Shown piece after piece: positions 13,801 to 25,645 of a DNA stretch of 64,000 nt (the first letter of the stretch is position 1; every line of letters starts with the position of its first letter). Source of the DNA: Trichoplax sp. H2 (lineage: Eukaryota). The notes under the pieces were generated by a model that ran no database searches, was not told where the DNA came from, and saw only the letters and a program-made list of their open reading frames with translations. A program made the translations under genes and the position numbers. Where the stretch lies: positions 62,001 to 126,000 of the forward strand of contig NOWV01000105.1 of the NCBI GenBank assembly GCA_003344405.1. The letters run 5' to 3'.

Positions 13801-16800
13801 TGATTAGGTAGGCATTATCACTAAATGTTCCGTTATCGGCTTCAACATACATGTACCAGCCTAAGGTAATGATGAGTGATCAATTAGACGTAGAAGGCAA
13901 TTTCTTGTATGAACAGCATTAATTATTGCTCAATTACAAGTAGAAGAGCTATCGCTGTTCATACGTCATACAATATAGCTGAATAAGAACAACTTCAACA
14001 TAGCATAGCATAGGTCAATATTGCACTGCGCTATAAACTTTGTTCAACATGCTTACCGTTGCCATTAGTATGATCAGTAGTTGGGCCAGTGAATTGGGTT
14101 GGAGTACCACCTCTATTTCTTCTCCATTGGATATCACCAAGTTCTTTAGGACTTTTCCATCCACACATTCCGTTTTCGAAAGTACATGAGCTTGGGCAAC
14201 TAGCTTCGTCAGAATTATCACCACAATCGTTTCTAAAGTCGCAGAACACAGATGAAGGCTTGCAAGGTCCAGTAGTACCACATCGTCTTTGTCCGGTTGG
14301 ACATCCTGGATCGGTCTCTATATAACAAGGTTAAAATGCAATGAAATTAGATATTATAAACATTCACATTATCATCGTCTACATTTAAACCTTGGCATTT
14401 TTAGTTGAAGTTGAATGGATACAGTAAACTTACGTTGTGCATACGGTAGTGGTGTATTCACTTTGGTGCATCCAGATGTAAAGCTGATATCGTCGATGGC
14501 AATATCTCCCCAAAGGTATTTACCATTGACGGCTTCAATGACAACTTGGAATGGTGCATTCACAGAGAAAGTAAGACTTGCTTTTTTCCAGATATCGCCT
14601 TGGTTACCAATAATTGAATATTGCTTGATAAGTGGACCCATGAAATTGGTACGAGCATAAATGTTAAGACCGCCGATATCGGGACCGAACATATGATACC
14701 AGAAGCGCATCTAGGATTATCAAAAATGAATAATTTATAAATAAAAAAGGTAGATAGCTGCACAATTTATTTTAATTATATTGATTAATTAATTACTGTA
14801 GCTATTCGAGTGCAGCCATGATTTAATGGATTATATCGCTTACTAAACTATTTTTTTTTTATTTTATTACAAGTATGCCGTAGGAGTATTGTATACCTGA
14901 CATCCAGTGCCTGGAGTACCAAATGTTTGAGGAATAGTTTGTCGGGCTGTTTTATTGAGAGAGCTACTTCTAGCGGAGAAAAACATGTAATAGCCTTTAG
15001 ATGATGCCAAAGTATGATCAAAATTTGGCCCGCTTAGAGAACTAAAGGTACCACCAAAATCTCTTCTCCAATTGAATGTATCGGTTTGATCTTGGATAAG
15101 ACCACAATCATCCTTTTCAAAGTTACATGACCATGGTAAAGCAGCGGCTATCAAGGTAAAATTAATCAGTTTAATCTAGACTTGTACTCTGCTATATATC
15201 ATTTCACTCCATCTTAAATCAGAAGAATGATTAATTATTGTGTAAAATTATATTTACCACATCCGATCTCATCGGAGGAATCACCACAATCATTAGCAAA
15301 ATCGCAAACGACTGAAGGACTGACACATCTACCATTTTTGCATTGGAAGTTACCAGAGAAACATGGAACTGACGGTGGCATATTGCATCCAGTGAAGGAT
15401 ATATCATCGATGGCTGCAACACCGTTACTTGTTGAAAATGATGAACCGGAAATTCTAAATTCAAGCTATATTATTGAAAAATAAATTGGAATGAGTTGTA
15501 GCTACAAATGGATAAGATCTAATATAAAATTATATTTATAACATAGAACGTTTCTATTGAGCGGAAATAGCGATTGAGTTTATCAATTAGTGAATAAGAA
15601 GTAATTTTCAAGTTGGATTGTTAACTTAGAACGTTTATTTTAAGCTTGAATAAAGTCTAACCTTATATCCTTGTGAGCGATGTCCAATACCAGCTGATGC
15701 ATTAGCCCATAATGGTTCATTAGGATTAGTAATGAATGAGAATGAACTTCTCCAGAGTCTTGTTGAAGTTCCGTTTTGAACAACATACAATCCAAGTGTA
15801 CTAGAAATAGTTTTATTATACCAGAAGCTAATGGTACAAGTATCGTATGCTGCAGGCATCATAGGGCTAGTTAATTTGGAATCTGTTAAGAAAGAACCAC
15901 CCTTTGCTTTTGTGTACATATAATAGCCAAGACCGCTATTACTAGTATGATCATACAAGGGACCATTGAAAGATTGGCCATTGCCAGCACTATCGCGTAT
16001 CCAACCGCTAATTCCACCGATGCTGGTATCTCTCCATCCACATTGGCCTTGATCAAAATTGCAAGAGCCGCAGTTAGGTGTTGACCATGAAGAACAGCTT
16101 GGTACTTGAGAAGGAACAATTGTAGGAAGAGTACCAGTGGGAACGGATGGGACAGTGCCACTGGCATATTTACAATCCGTAGTGAAAGAGATATCATCAA
16201 TAGCAATATCACTTTCATCCGATGATCCACGTACAGCTTCAATCATAAAATAGAAATAGCGTGAGCTGACAACAGGTGCTTCCATTCTCAACCAGACATC
16301 ACCAAGTTGACCTGATCTTGACCAAATTTTAATCAATTTACCACCATTGGGCACAGCGTAGACATTGAGAGCTCCAATGCCAGTGCCACGCATATGATAC
16401 CATAATCTAATTTTACATTTACCCGATGTATTGGGTTGGAACCATTTACTCTTGAGTTGAGCTTTTGCTCCTGCACTTTCGAAGAAACCATCAATATACA
16501 AGTAATAGCCTGTAACAGTGCCGGTAGTATGATCTCTTGATGGTCCAGTATAAGATGTAAAGGTTGTTCCCGATGTTCTATCCCAATTGAAATCATCACT
16601 ACCAGAAACTTGAGACCAATCGCAAATTCCATTTTCAAAATTGCATCCATTGAATGCAGCACATTGAGCTTCATCGGTACCATCTCCGCAATCATCTTGG
16701 AAATCGCAAATAAGGTTAGAATCAACACATGCCTTGGTTTGACCGCAATGGAATTGATTGCTTGAACAGCTAGGCAATTTTGGTGGCATTCCACATTCAT

Positions 16801-19800
16801 ACATGGAGATATCGTCAATAGCCATATAACTTCTGCCCAAGAAATCGCGTGATCCTTCAAATGTTAATTGATAAGGTTGAACTCTTCTTCCCATATAAGC
16901 AATACCTTGTTGCCATTTGTTACTATTGACATTTCTAATTTTGATCATTCTAGTTTTAGGGATAGGTCCTTCGATAAACGAGACGTCTAAATCGGATGTT
17001 CTAGTAGAGTTACCGTAGGAAAAGTACCAGAAACGAACTTGGCAAGTTGCACTAGTTGGTGGTAACTTTTTACTGGTTAATTTAGCATCGCCAAAGTTAA
17101 GGCCAGTAGCATCGGTGACAAGCATATACCAACCCGTAGTTGATTTGGTAGTATGATCGACTTGGGGCATAATATTTCCTTTCGGTGTGTCATATTTTCC
17201 ACGTACCCATGTATCGGAGCCTGCATTTATTGTATATTGGCAAGTATTGCTTTCAAAGGAGCAACCACCACAATTTAATTCATCTCTTCCATCAGGACAA
17301 TTCATATTATAATCGCAAACTTGATTCGATGGAATACATTTGGTAAAGTCGCTATAACAACGAACAGCACATGGATTAGGAGATGGTGTAGCAGGTTCTG
17401 TTGGACAAGCACCATCATAAAAGATAACATCATCGATAGCGATATCGCTATAACTACCAGATCCTCGTATAAGATCAAAAACAACCCAGTGGGGAAGAGT
17501 GCTGGATGGCAATGGAACTGCAGCATAATTCCATTTTGGACCTTGGTAACCAGTAATGTTTTTAATAACGGAATTAGAATTGATATCGGAAAAAACGACC
17601 AATAGTGAACCCATTTGATCCTTATTACGAGCATACATATGATACCAGAAGGTGAAACATCGAGGAGTAGATCTTGGACCAAATTCAGGACTAAAGAAGA
17701 TGGCGTTATCACCTTTACTAGCCAGACTGGATTCAAGATACATGAAATGACCTATAGGAAAATAAGACATTGGCCCAAATTTAATGGATAGTAGCGTGTA
17801 AAGTTGTAGTGTACAAAACTACTGTAATTAGCTGAAATCACTACAAAAGTTGATGTTGATAATGTATGAAAATAGTATTGCAAGTCTAACATATTCTTGA
17901 ATAGAGAAAGTTTACAGTCTACTTGTACCGCATTATACGCGTAAAGAGAGGTTACTATCATCTGGAGTTATATTTTTCCAGCACTACAGTCCTTGCTATT
18001 TTTTTTTTCAGGCTATGATGGTATAGATCGTGTTAAATTCTACAATCTTATTCTCTGCATGTGTTCTACTTTAGCGTTATTCAGATTCTCAATTTCTACC
18101 TTCGATTTTTGATTACATGTCAATAGCTAGTTGCATTATTAGTATTTTATACGTTACTTCATGACAGCTTACATGCTGTCCTACCTTAACTATCGTATTC
18201 TACGCGAATTCTAATCTACCATTAGGTATCCATTATTCGATTAAGATTTTGCTTCATCCACTGAGTAGCAACTTGATCCACTTCTATCGTTTATCGAATT
18301 TTTCATTATAATGTAATTATTGAAGTTATTATCACGAAATTGAAATAGATAGGATATATTTGATGGTAATAATCAGTAAAATGAAATAACGTTGCGGACT
18401 GATAAGCTAGGATCTCCAGTTATGCTGCTTTACCGTAGCTGTCGCATTCTACGCAAATTCCAATCTACCATAAAGTATCCATTTTACAGCTACCATTTTG
18501 GTAATATGATTATTTAAGTTATTGCCATCACATGGAAATGTACAGGGCAAATACTATAGCAAGAATCACTAAAACGAAATAACTTGGAGGATTGAGAAGC
18601 CATGATCTCCATCAAGCAGCTCTACCTTAACTATTGCTTTAAAGCTACATCAATTTTAATCTACCATAAAGTATCCATTTATTCAACTATGACTTACTTC
18701 ATTTACTAAATGGCAACTTAGCCCACTTCTACCCATTTATTAAATCTACCATCGTAGTAAGACTATTTAAGTTATCGTCACAAAATGGAAATGTATAGGA
18801 TAAATGCTATAGTGAGAATTAGGGAGATGAAATAACGTTGTGGATTAACTCGACATGCATCCTAACATTACCTGCATCAGTTCCTAAAGTATGATCAGAG
18901 CTAGGACCAGTGCCTGCGGTAGGAGTAGGTCCACTCCATCTCAATAAATCTAATTTATCAAGAGAGACTGCATTTCTCCATAAGCAAGTGCCTTTCTCAA
19001 ATGAGCAATCACCCAATGGTGGGCAAACACCTGGTGAAATGTTGACATCATCAATAGCGACGGTACCATTGATGCTAGTGGCACGAGCAGCTTCAAAGGT
19101 TATGAAATAAGGCTGCTGACTTTGGACAGTAACTTGCATTCCTAGCCATGCCCTAGCAGCTTCGGTAATTCCTGTGGTAGGGACACTCCATATTTTATTC
19201 AATGTCCCTCCGATTTGTGTGTAAACTGACAATGAACCATAGTTGCTACCATAAGCAATATACCAAAAGCTTAAACAGCTACCAGCAGTAGGTGGTAGTT
19301 CGTTGCTATTTAATCGTGCTACAGCGCCAGTACTTTGCGATTTCATATTGGCAAAGAAACTATGACCAAATGATGTATACGTTGTGTGATCATTAATAGG
19401 TGACCATTGGCCTGCAACTCCGGCACCGGTAAAATAGGTCCAATCGAAGTTATCGTTAATATCTTGTGTATAGCCACATCTACTGGAATCTTCGAAATCA
19501 CATAAGGAGCGAGGAGGACATTGCTGGAAATTGAATTTAATATCATCAACGGCAATATCACTTCTATAATTGCCAGAAATGTGAGTGGTTTCCAGAACTA
19601 ATTGGAATGGAATACTTTGTTGGAATTGAAGTTGTGCAAGTTTCCAACTTGGACCTTGATTGCCTTTGCGTGTCCAGACCTTGGATCCGAGAACATTGCC
19701 AAATTTAAAGTAGACATTAAATGTATCAATATCTTCACCAAACATGTAGTACCAAAATCGGAAGCACATAGGCCCAGTAGTTGGGGTAATAGTAGCGCTA

Positions 19801-22800
19801 ATCAATCGAGCAGTGTTATTACTGAAGAAATGGGATCCTTCAACATAAGCATACCATCCACTTGTACTCGATGTGGTATGATCAACGCGTGGACCAGTAT
19901 CGGAAGAAGATGTCGGACCTTGATGTCTAGTCCAGTTAAGAGAATCGGTAAGATCTTGAGTCCATGTACAAAAACCATTTTCAAAAGTACAATCATAAGA
20001 AGTAGATGGTAATGCAGTAGAAGCCTGTGTTGGCTTTGGTGTTGGTCGAGTAAAGGAAGCATTACAAGTGGTGGTAAAGGAAATATCATCGATAGCAACA
20101 TCAGAAAGGGAAGATTGGCCTCGTGTTGCAACGATTAAAATTTGATAGGATTGACTGGAGCTAAATGCAACATGAGCATTATGCCAAACATCGCCAGCAC
20201 TTGAATTTCTTAACCATAAGATACTACCAAAATTGCTGCCAACTTTTTGGATATAAATGGATAAGGAACTTGCTTGGCCAAAAGCGAATGGGCTATACAT
20301 ATGATACCAGAAGGATAAGCAGCGTCCATTAGGAGCGGGTGGAAAGACCATACTTTGTAAAACCGTTTTTTGTCCACGCTGACGGCCAGTCGCTTCCATA
20401 TAAATATAATAGCCATTAGCCGTTCCTAATGTATGATCACTGAGTGGTCCAGTTAAAGTGCTTGGAACAGATCCTTGATGTCTGATCCAATCGAAGTTGT
20501 CGCCAGCAATGGCGTTCATCCATGTACAATATCCATTTTCAAAGTTACAATTACCTGGTGGAGGGCAAGCTTGATCAAAAAAGCTGACATCATCAATAGC
20601 GATGGTACCCTGTCCATTAGCAGTTTCAGCTTGAAAGACAGGCTAAATAAATAAAAAATAGGAAGGAATTTATTTAAGCATAGCTTTCATAAGCATTGAT
20701 TAAAGTTGCTAATCCTATCGTATTATCAACAGGATAAGGTTAATCGTCTTTCTAACCTGCCAAGTGCCTGAAGTACTGTTCATGGTGACCTGGCCTGGTT
20801 TCCATAGACCTTGTTGATTACCCGATTCTTGCCATAACGGTGTGCCTCTTGCACCATTGATTTGATTAAAAACTCTTAATGTACCAGCATTAGCAGTTAA
20901 TCGATAATAGAAATTCATACACTTGCCAATTGGAGGAGTTGGTGGAAAGGGTGGACTGATCATGACACGAGCCGTTTTATCCGGATTGCTACTTGATGAT
21001 GTATACAAATAGTATCCTACAGGACTTTGAAGTGTATGATCCATTGGTGGTCCTTGACCATTTTGATCATTGCCATTTCTACCTCTTATCCAATCGAAAC
21101 CATCGGTTTGATCTTGAACCCATTTACACGTCCCGATTTCAAAATCACAATTGGTGGTTAAAGGACATGCCTTAGGGATCATTGAAATATCATCTAATGC
21201 GATATCGCCAGCGAAACCAGATCCACGTTTTGCCACAAATTTGATCTAATAAGTAAATAGTTATAGAGTATTATCAAGAGTTGAACAGATACGGATTATT
21301 TCACCTTATTACATTATCCTATTGATGATAAATTTTAGAACAGGAAATACCCTATTGCAATGGAGGAATAAAGTACGCCTAGCTATGAATAAATAGGCTT
21401 TTTTTCATCGCTGATATGAACATAAGTATGCGTTATTAATTTTAAGCAACTGATTGTATTCGAATTGCTTTTAACTCTATTTACAGCTATGACTCTATAG
21501 GCTTTCTTTCTCGTCACCAATATGGACAAGAATATGCGTCATTATTAATTCAAGTTGAGGATTCAACTCCAAATACTCTAAACTATATTGTAGCTGTGAA
21601 TAGGCAGACTTCGTTGATTATCACTGATATAGACTGGAATATGCGTCTAAATTTTAATTTACGGATAATACTTGATATCCTTGAAGTAGATCGTAAATTA
21701 TAACGATTGACTATAGGATTGGATAAGAATAATTTTTCCTCAACGATTCCATGCGCAGTAAAATAAAGTGAGTACCTGATAGTTGGTATTGGGACTAAAT
21801 TGTATCCTTGCCAATTGCCATTTATTTCCTTGGGTTCCACTACGCTGCCATAACAGCGAATCTTGGTTGTTGACGGTAGTCGATACATTAAGCGTAGCTA
21901 CATCAGGTCCATACATATGGTACCAAAATGTTAAGCATGCTTGACCACTTGTTACCAATGGAGATAAAAGGGTAGCTAAAATATTGGACTGGACAAATGA
22001 GGCTTCTATGTAGATATATAAGCCTAAGGAAAAAATAATCATATGGAAAAAAAATATTCAGTTGGAATAGATTAACCGATAGTCCTATTCGATATCATCC
22101 ATATTAATATCGGTTAGATTACTTGTATTCTAAATATTATATTTTATCCTTTTCGCCTGATAGACCATCATCTACTACAGCGTTAACCTAATCCGGTAGT
22201 GTGATACCGGTTACATTAATTGATTGCTTTTAAAATATACAAGCATTATACGCGTACAACCGGCCACGTTGCCGGCGAACTCTCTAATATTTATTGTAAC
22301 GTAAAATAGAGTATTTATACTTCTTTGCGTGATCAGTGATCATTAACGACAGTACTAACCTGATCCAGTAGTGTGATCTTGAGAAGGCCCAGTACCAAAA
22401 CTTGCAGTACTGCCATTATTTAGAGTCCAATTTAATGGAGCGTTAACAGGTTGTGTCCAACCGCAAAAGCCAGATTCAAATGTACAATTAAATTGTGCTT
22501 GACTACTTGCCACTATAGCATAAAAAAAAAGGATTTGCAAATGAATATTTTAAAGCAATTACCAATTGAAGAATACAAACGTTTATTTCCTATATATATT
22601 TTACCATGATATTATCATGGATTAGCCGTCATTTCATGACAATGAAAGTTTTAGAGGAATTTTAAAAGTTTATAGATTACAACTCTATGTCTAAAGTCAG
22701 ACAACTTCAAAATCAATCGGATTCGAATTTTACTGTTACAGGAACGTTATCGTATAGCTAGATGATATCATCCTTTTAGTAGCCAAATTTCTAGAGGATG

Positions 22801-24943
22801 GCTATCATCTAGTACTACAGCTATAAATTTAATCCAGTTGAAATTTAAAACTCGCGGCAGTCTTAATCATTGCCGAAGATTGCTATATGAAGACGGATTA
22901 TTTTGGATACAATTTTGAAAGATTGACGTTAACTTAATATATTATCGCCTTATGCCATCGTTCTTAGTCGCTCTACGAAGCGTTCACAGTGACCTTATGA
23001 GGTCATTTTTTCCACTCTTTTCAATGGTGGAGTGAACAAAGATCAAAGAAAGATGAAAGGAAGGCTTATATCAATTCAGTAGGAAGGGGTTAATTTATAT
23101 GCCGGAACTTTTCGAACATCGACAAAGATTTATTATAGGAAGCTAACTTAGAGTGCGATGACAGGCGATTGCTTGGTCAGAACCATTTTGATTTTATTAA
23201 TAAGGCACATTTAGCAAGGAAAAAATTGTTTGCGCATTTTCTACGCCCATCTTTTAGATAATATGAAGTACATGGCAGATAGACGTCAATACATACGAAA
23301 GCCTTATTAGGCTTCGTATTTAATCTGCCATGTGCCAGTTTTTATATGACTATTCTCTATATAAATTATAGGGATTGTCTTTTTCAAAGAGGAGAGCATT
23401 ATATTAATTAGTGGTGGTCTTGTATAACGTTAACGGACAAAAACGTGATCATGATGATTGCATTACGAAATAATTATGCATAATCGTTCTTGAGCCATTC
23501 GTTACAACCTCATTATCATATTACATAATTGCATTGAAAATAGAGCAGTCTTCGTAAAGGATAGTTTTGGTCTTATAGCGATATTAAATTAAAGTAAATA
23601 TTACTTGCTCTTACATAGATGAAGATAGAAAGAAAAGAAATTCTAGAATACATAGAGGTTTAGTTATAGCATTTCTTCCAATTCTGCAATATACTTTAAT
23701 CATCGATTGTTACTTCATTTTACCGGACTAAAATAGGGGATGACGATATGATTTTTCTGATTTTATTAATCATTGTATTCTTGCTAGTAAATTTATTTAA
23801 GGGCGGTACCGAGCTATTCAATTGTTATGTTATTTAGTTGATTATATCAAAAGCTTAATATTGATCTTAACTTAAGCAGTCAAAATATATGTTGATTAAA
23901 ATAACATTGTATTGTCATTTTGATAGGCAAGAGAACAAATTAAATCTAAAAGTAGGGTAATACGTTCAAGTCTTCATCTATACAGTATATGTACCTTATA
24001 GACTAGCCTAGATCTGTATTCTGAGGAAAAAACGGACAATAGTCAATTACTTTATTCTCTAATGTAATTTGCTCAATATACTTAATATTCATGGTGGTCG
24101 AGAAAGCGCAATTTATATGTATACGCAGTATAAATGTCTGCAATCTCTGTAGTGGGTAGATTATTATTAGTAGACTATTCGGAAAAAAAAATCACAAGTA
24201 GTGTAGTTCCGATAGAGGAGGATAGAACCCAGTAGCCACATTATATGAAATAGATCTCATAGTTGTCAATAGGAGCATATAAATTTAGGGGCAGGGGAAA
24301 TAGTAATTTTTTCTTATCAGTTTAATAATTTTAATGCGCTATAATTTATTACCTTATAACTCAGGTCATCAATTAATTATAGTTCAGACTAATATGAATT
24401 ATATAATTATGGGAGATATGGATGATATTGCGATATTTTATATGGACGGATTTGATTATGAATATGTACAAGTGATAGCTTGGCGTTCATCAAGCGTTAA
24501 GAGTAGCCAATTTTATACGCGATAACGTAAATACGAGTTAGACCATTTTTGGTATAAGATGAGATTAGAATTTACTTCTCACTAATATTTCAATCGAAAT
24601 ATATTGTAAGAGGTTTATAATATATTTTATATTGACAATTTTGCACGATATATGCATGAAATGAAAGCTATTGAAAGTAGGCGGATAAATTTTTACAGCG
24701 TAATCTTTATCGAAATGCGATGCGTGTAGTGAGCTTAAAGTAAGTAAATTTTTAAAAATTAATTAATGGCAAATTCAGGTTACATAACTATCAAAATTTA
24801 TGATTATACTATTATTTTTAATTGCTGAAAGATTTATTGGCGATCCAATTAATTTTTAGCAAGTTTTAGGAGTTATTATTTTACATAACAGCCTCACCTG
24901 CTAAAAGTAGCAACAGTCCTAGCGCAATCATCTTGGCGGCCAT
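4836..24943 (-). CDS. Giant MAM and LDL-receptor class A domain-containing type-I membrane protein, paralog A (MALRD1/MAMDC4-like), ~4197 aa, 25 exons
   Basis: Hand-spliced GT-AG exons in 5'->3' order on the minus strand: 24898-24943, 22360-22512, 21776-22023, 20757-21245, 18872-20642, 15662-17751, 15258-15465, 14897-15147, 14434-14710, 14057-14317, 13601-13860, 13313-13520, 12936-13082, 11866-12770, 10383-11723, 7275-9993, 7009-7134, 6733-6882, 6305-6517, 6042-6182, 5780-5938, 5454-5579, 5323-5349, 5143-5230, 4836-5025. Total 12594 nt, in frame. N-terminal signal peptide [22 protein letters not shown]. 20 MAM units (CxFExxxCxW...GPxxDHT...FWYHMYG...DIAIDDI) and 15 LDLa units (C..F.C..G.CI....CD...DC.D.SDE..C). 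TM segment [24 protein letters not shown]. Tail ends ...[14 protein letters not shown]. Confidence 0.92.
18170..18847. repeat. Degenerate tandem repeat, 3 copies of ~190-250 bp, in intron 5 of paralog A
   Basis: Recurring blocks aatctaccat(t/a)a(g/a)gtatccatt, tatt(g/t)aagttat and gaaataac(g)ttg.gga; units start near 18170, 18415 and 18610. Confidence 0.75.
21396..21660. repeat. Degenerate ~103-bp tandem repeat, ~3 copies, in intron 3 of paralog A
   Basis: taggct...atcgctgatatgaaca...tatgcgt-like unit at ~21396, ~21499 and ~21602. Confidence 0.6.
22171..22287 (+). mobile_element. Candidate non-autonomous mini-Helitron in intron 2 of paralog A
   Basis: Starts TCTACTA after an A (22170) and ends CTAA (CTRR) before a T (22288). 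A GC-rich hairpin CCGGC-cacgtt-GCCGG (22260-22275) lies 8 nt before the CTAA. No TSD. A second hairpin CCGGTA-gtgtga-TACCGG lies at 22193-22210. Confidence 0.45.
23268..23335. other. Long imperfect inverted repeat (stem-loop) in intron 1 of paralog A
   Basis: Outer stem acatggcagat/atctgccatgt, inner stem atacga(a)agcct/aggcttcgtat, and a 4-nt loop tatt. Confidence 0.6.
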
Positions 24944-24994
24944 GCTTGCTTTAGGGATAAAAGCAAGAGATTAGAAGGTCTGCTTTAGTAATCG

Positions 24995-25003
24995 CTTATA
25001 ATA
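24995..25003 (-). promoter_or_regulatory. TATA-like element of paralog A
   Basis: TATTATAAG on the minus strand ~52 nt upstream of the ATG; the identical 9-mer occupies the equivalent position in paralog B. Confidence 0.45.
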
Positions 25004-25581
25004 ACTATAATTTCAATACCGAGGGCAAAACATGGTACAAGGTACATCATGATACAATGTAAGATATCAGATGTTGATTGGTAGATGGGTAGTTTATAAT
25101 TTGCATAACAATTCTGTACTTGTGCACCTTGATCATTGGTATTAGTGTGATTAGTACTAAGTTATGATTTTTCTTAATCAGATCGGCTGAGCTTTGATGG
25201 TGTGGATTATACTTTCATCATCAATTTTATTAGTTTGATATGCGTAATAAGCAGTCTAAACAATTGAGTACGCAACTTTGATCTTAAGAATGCCTGCAAT
25301 TTCAAGAGCAATTTTAAAACTACTTTCATATCTGTCTGTTTAATATAATTTTACTGAAGTAGAAAATGAGACACAGCTTGTAAAGAGTATCATGACATGG
25401 ACTGATCATTCAGCTTTATCTTTGAATATCTTTATTATTGTATATTCTATACTACAAGTTAATCTTAAGTATCAGTTATTTTAGCCAGTCTTAGTAATTG
25501 TCCTCATCGAGCTACTATCGTTATTACAACTAAGATATAGAGAGACAATAGGTGTTTTTACTTTTAGGATTTATTGTAAAA

Positions 25582-25645
25582 TAGTACCCATGGTTACATT
25601 GCACTTCGTCATTTCTATCGACGTCGTTGCATGTTACGGTTCGAT
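25582..25645. promoter_or_regulatory. Conserved non-coding element upstream of paralog A (X-box-like core)
   Basis: tagtacccatggttacattg...atttctatcgacgtcgttgcatgttacggttcgat aligns to 51298-51361 upstream of paralog B. Confidence 0.5.
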
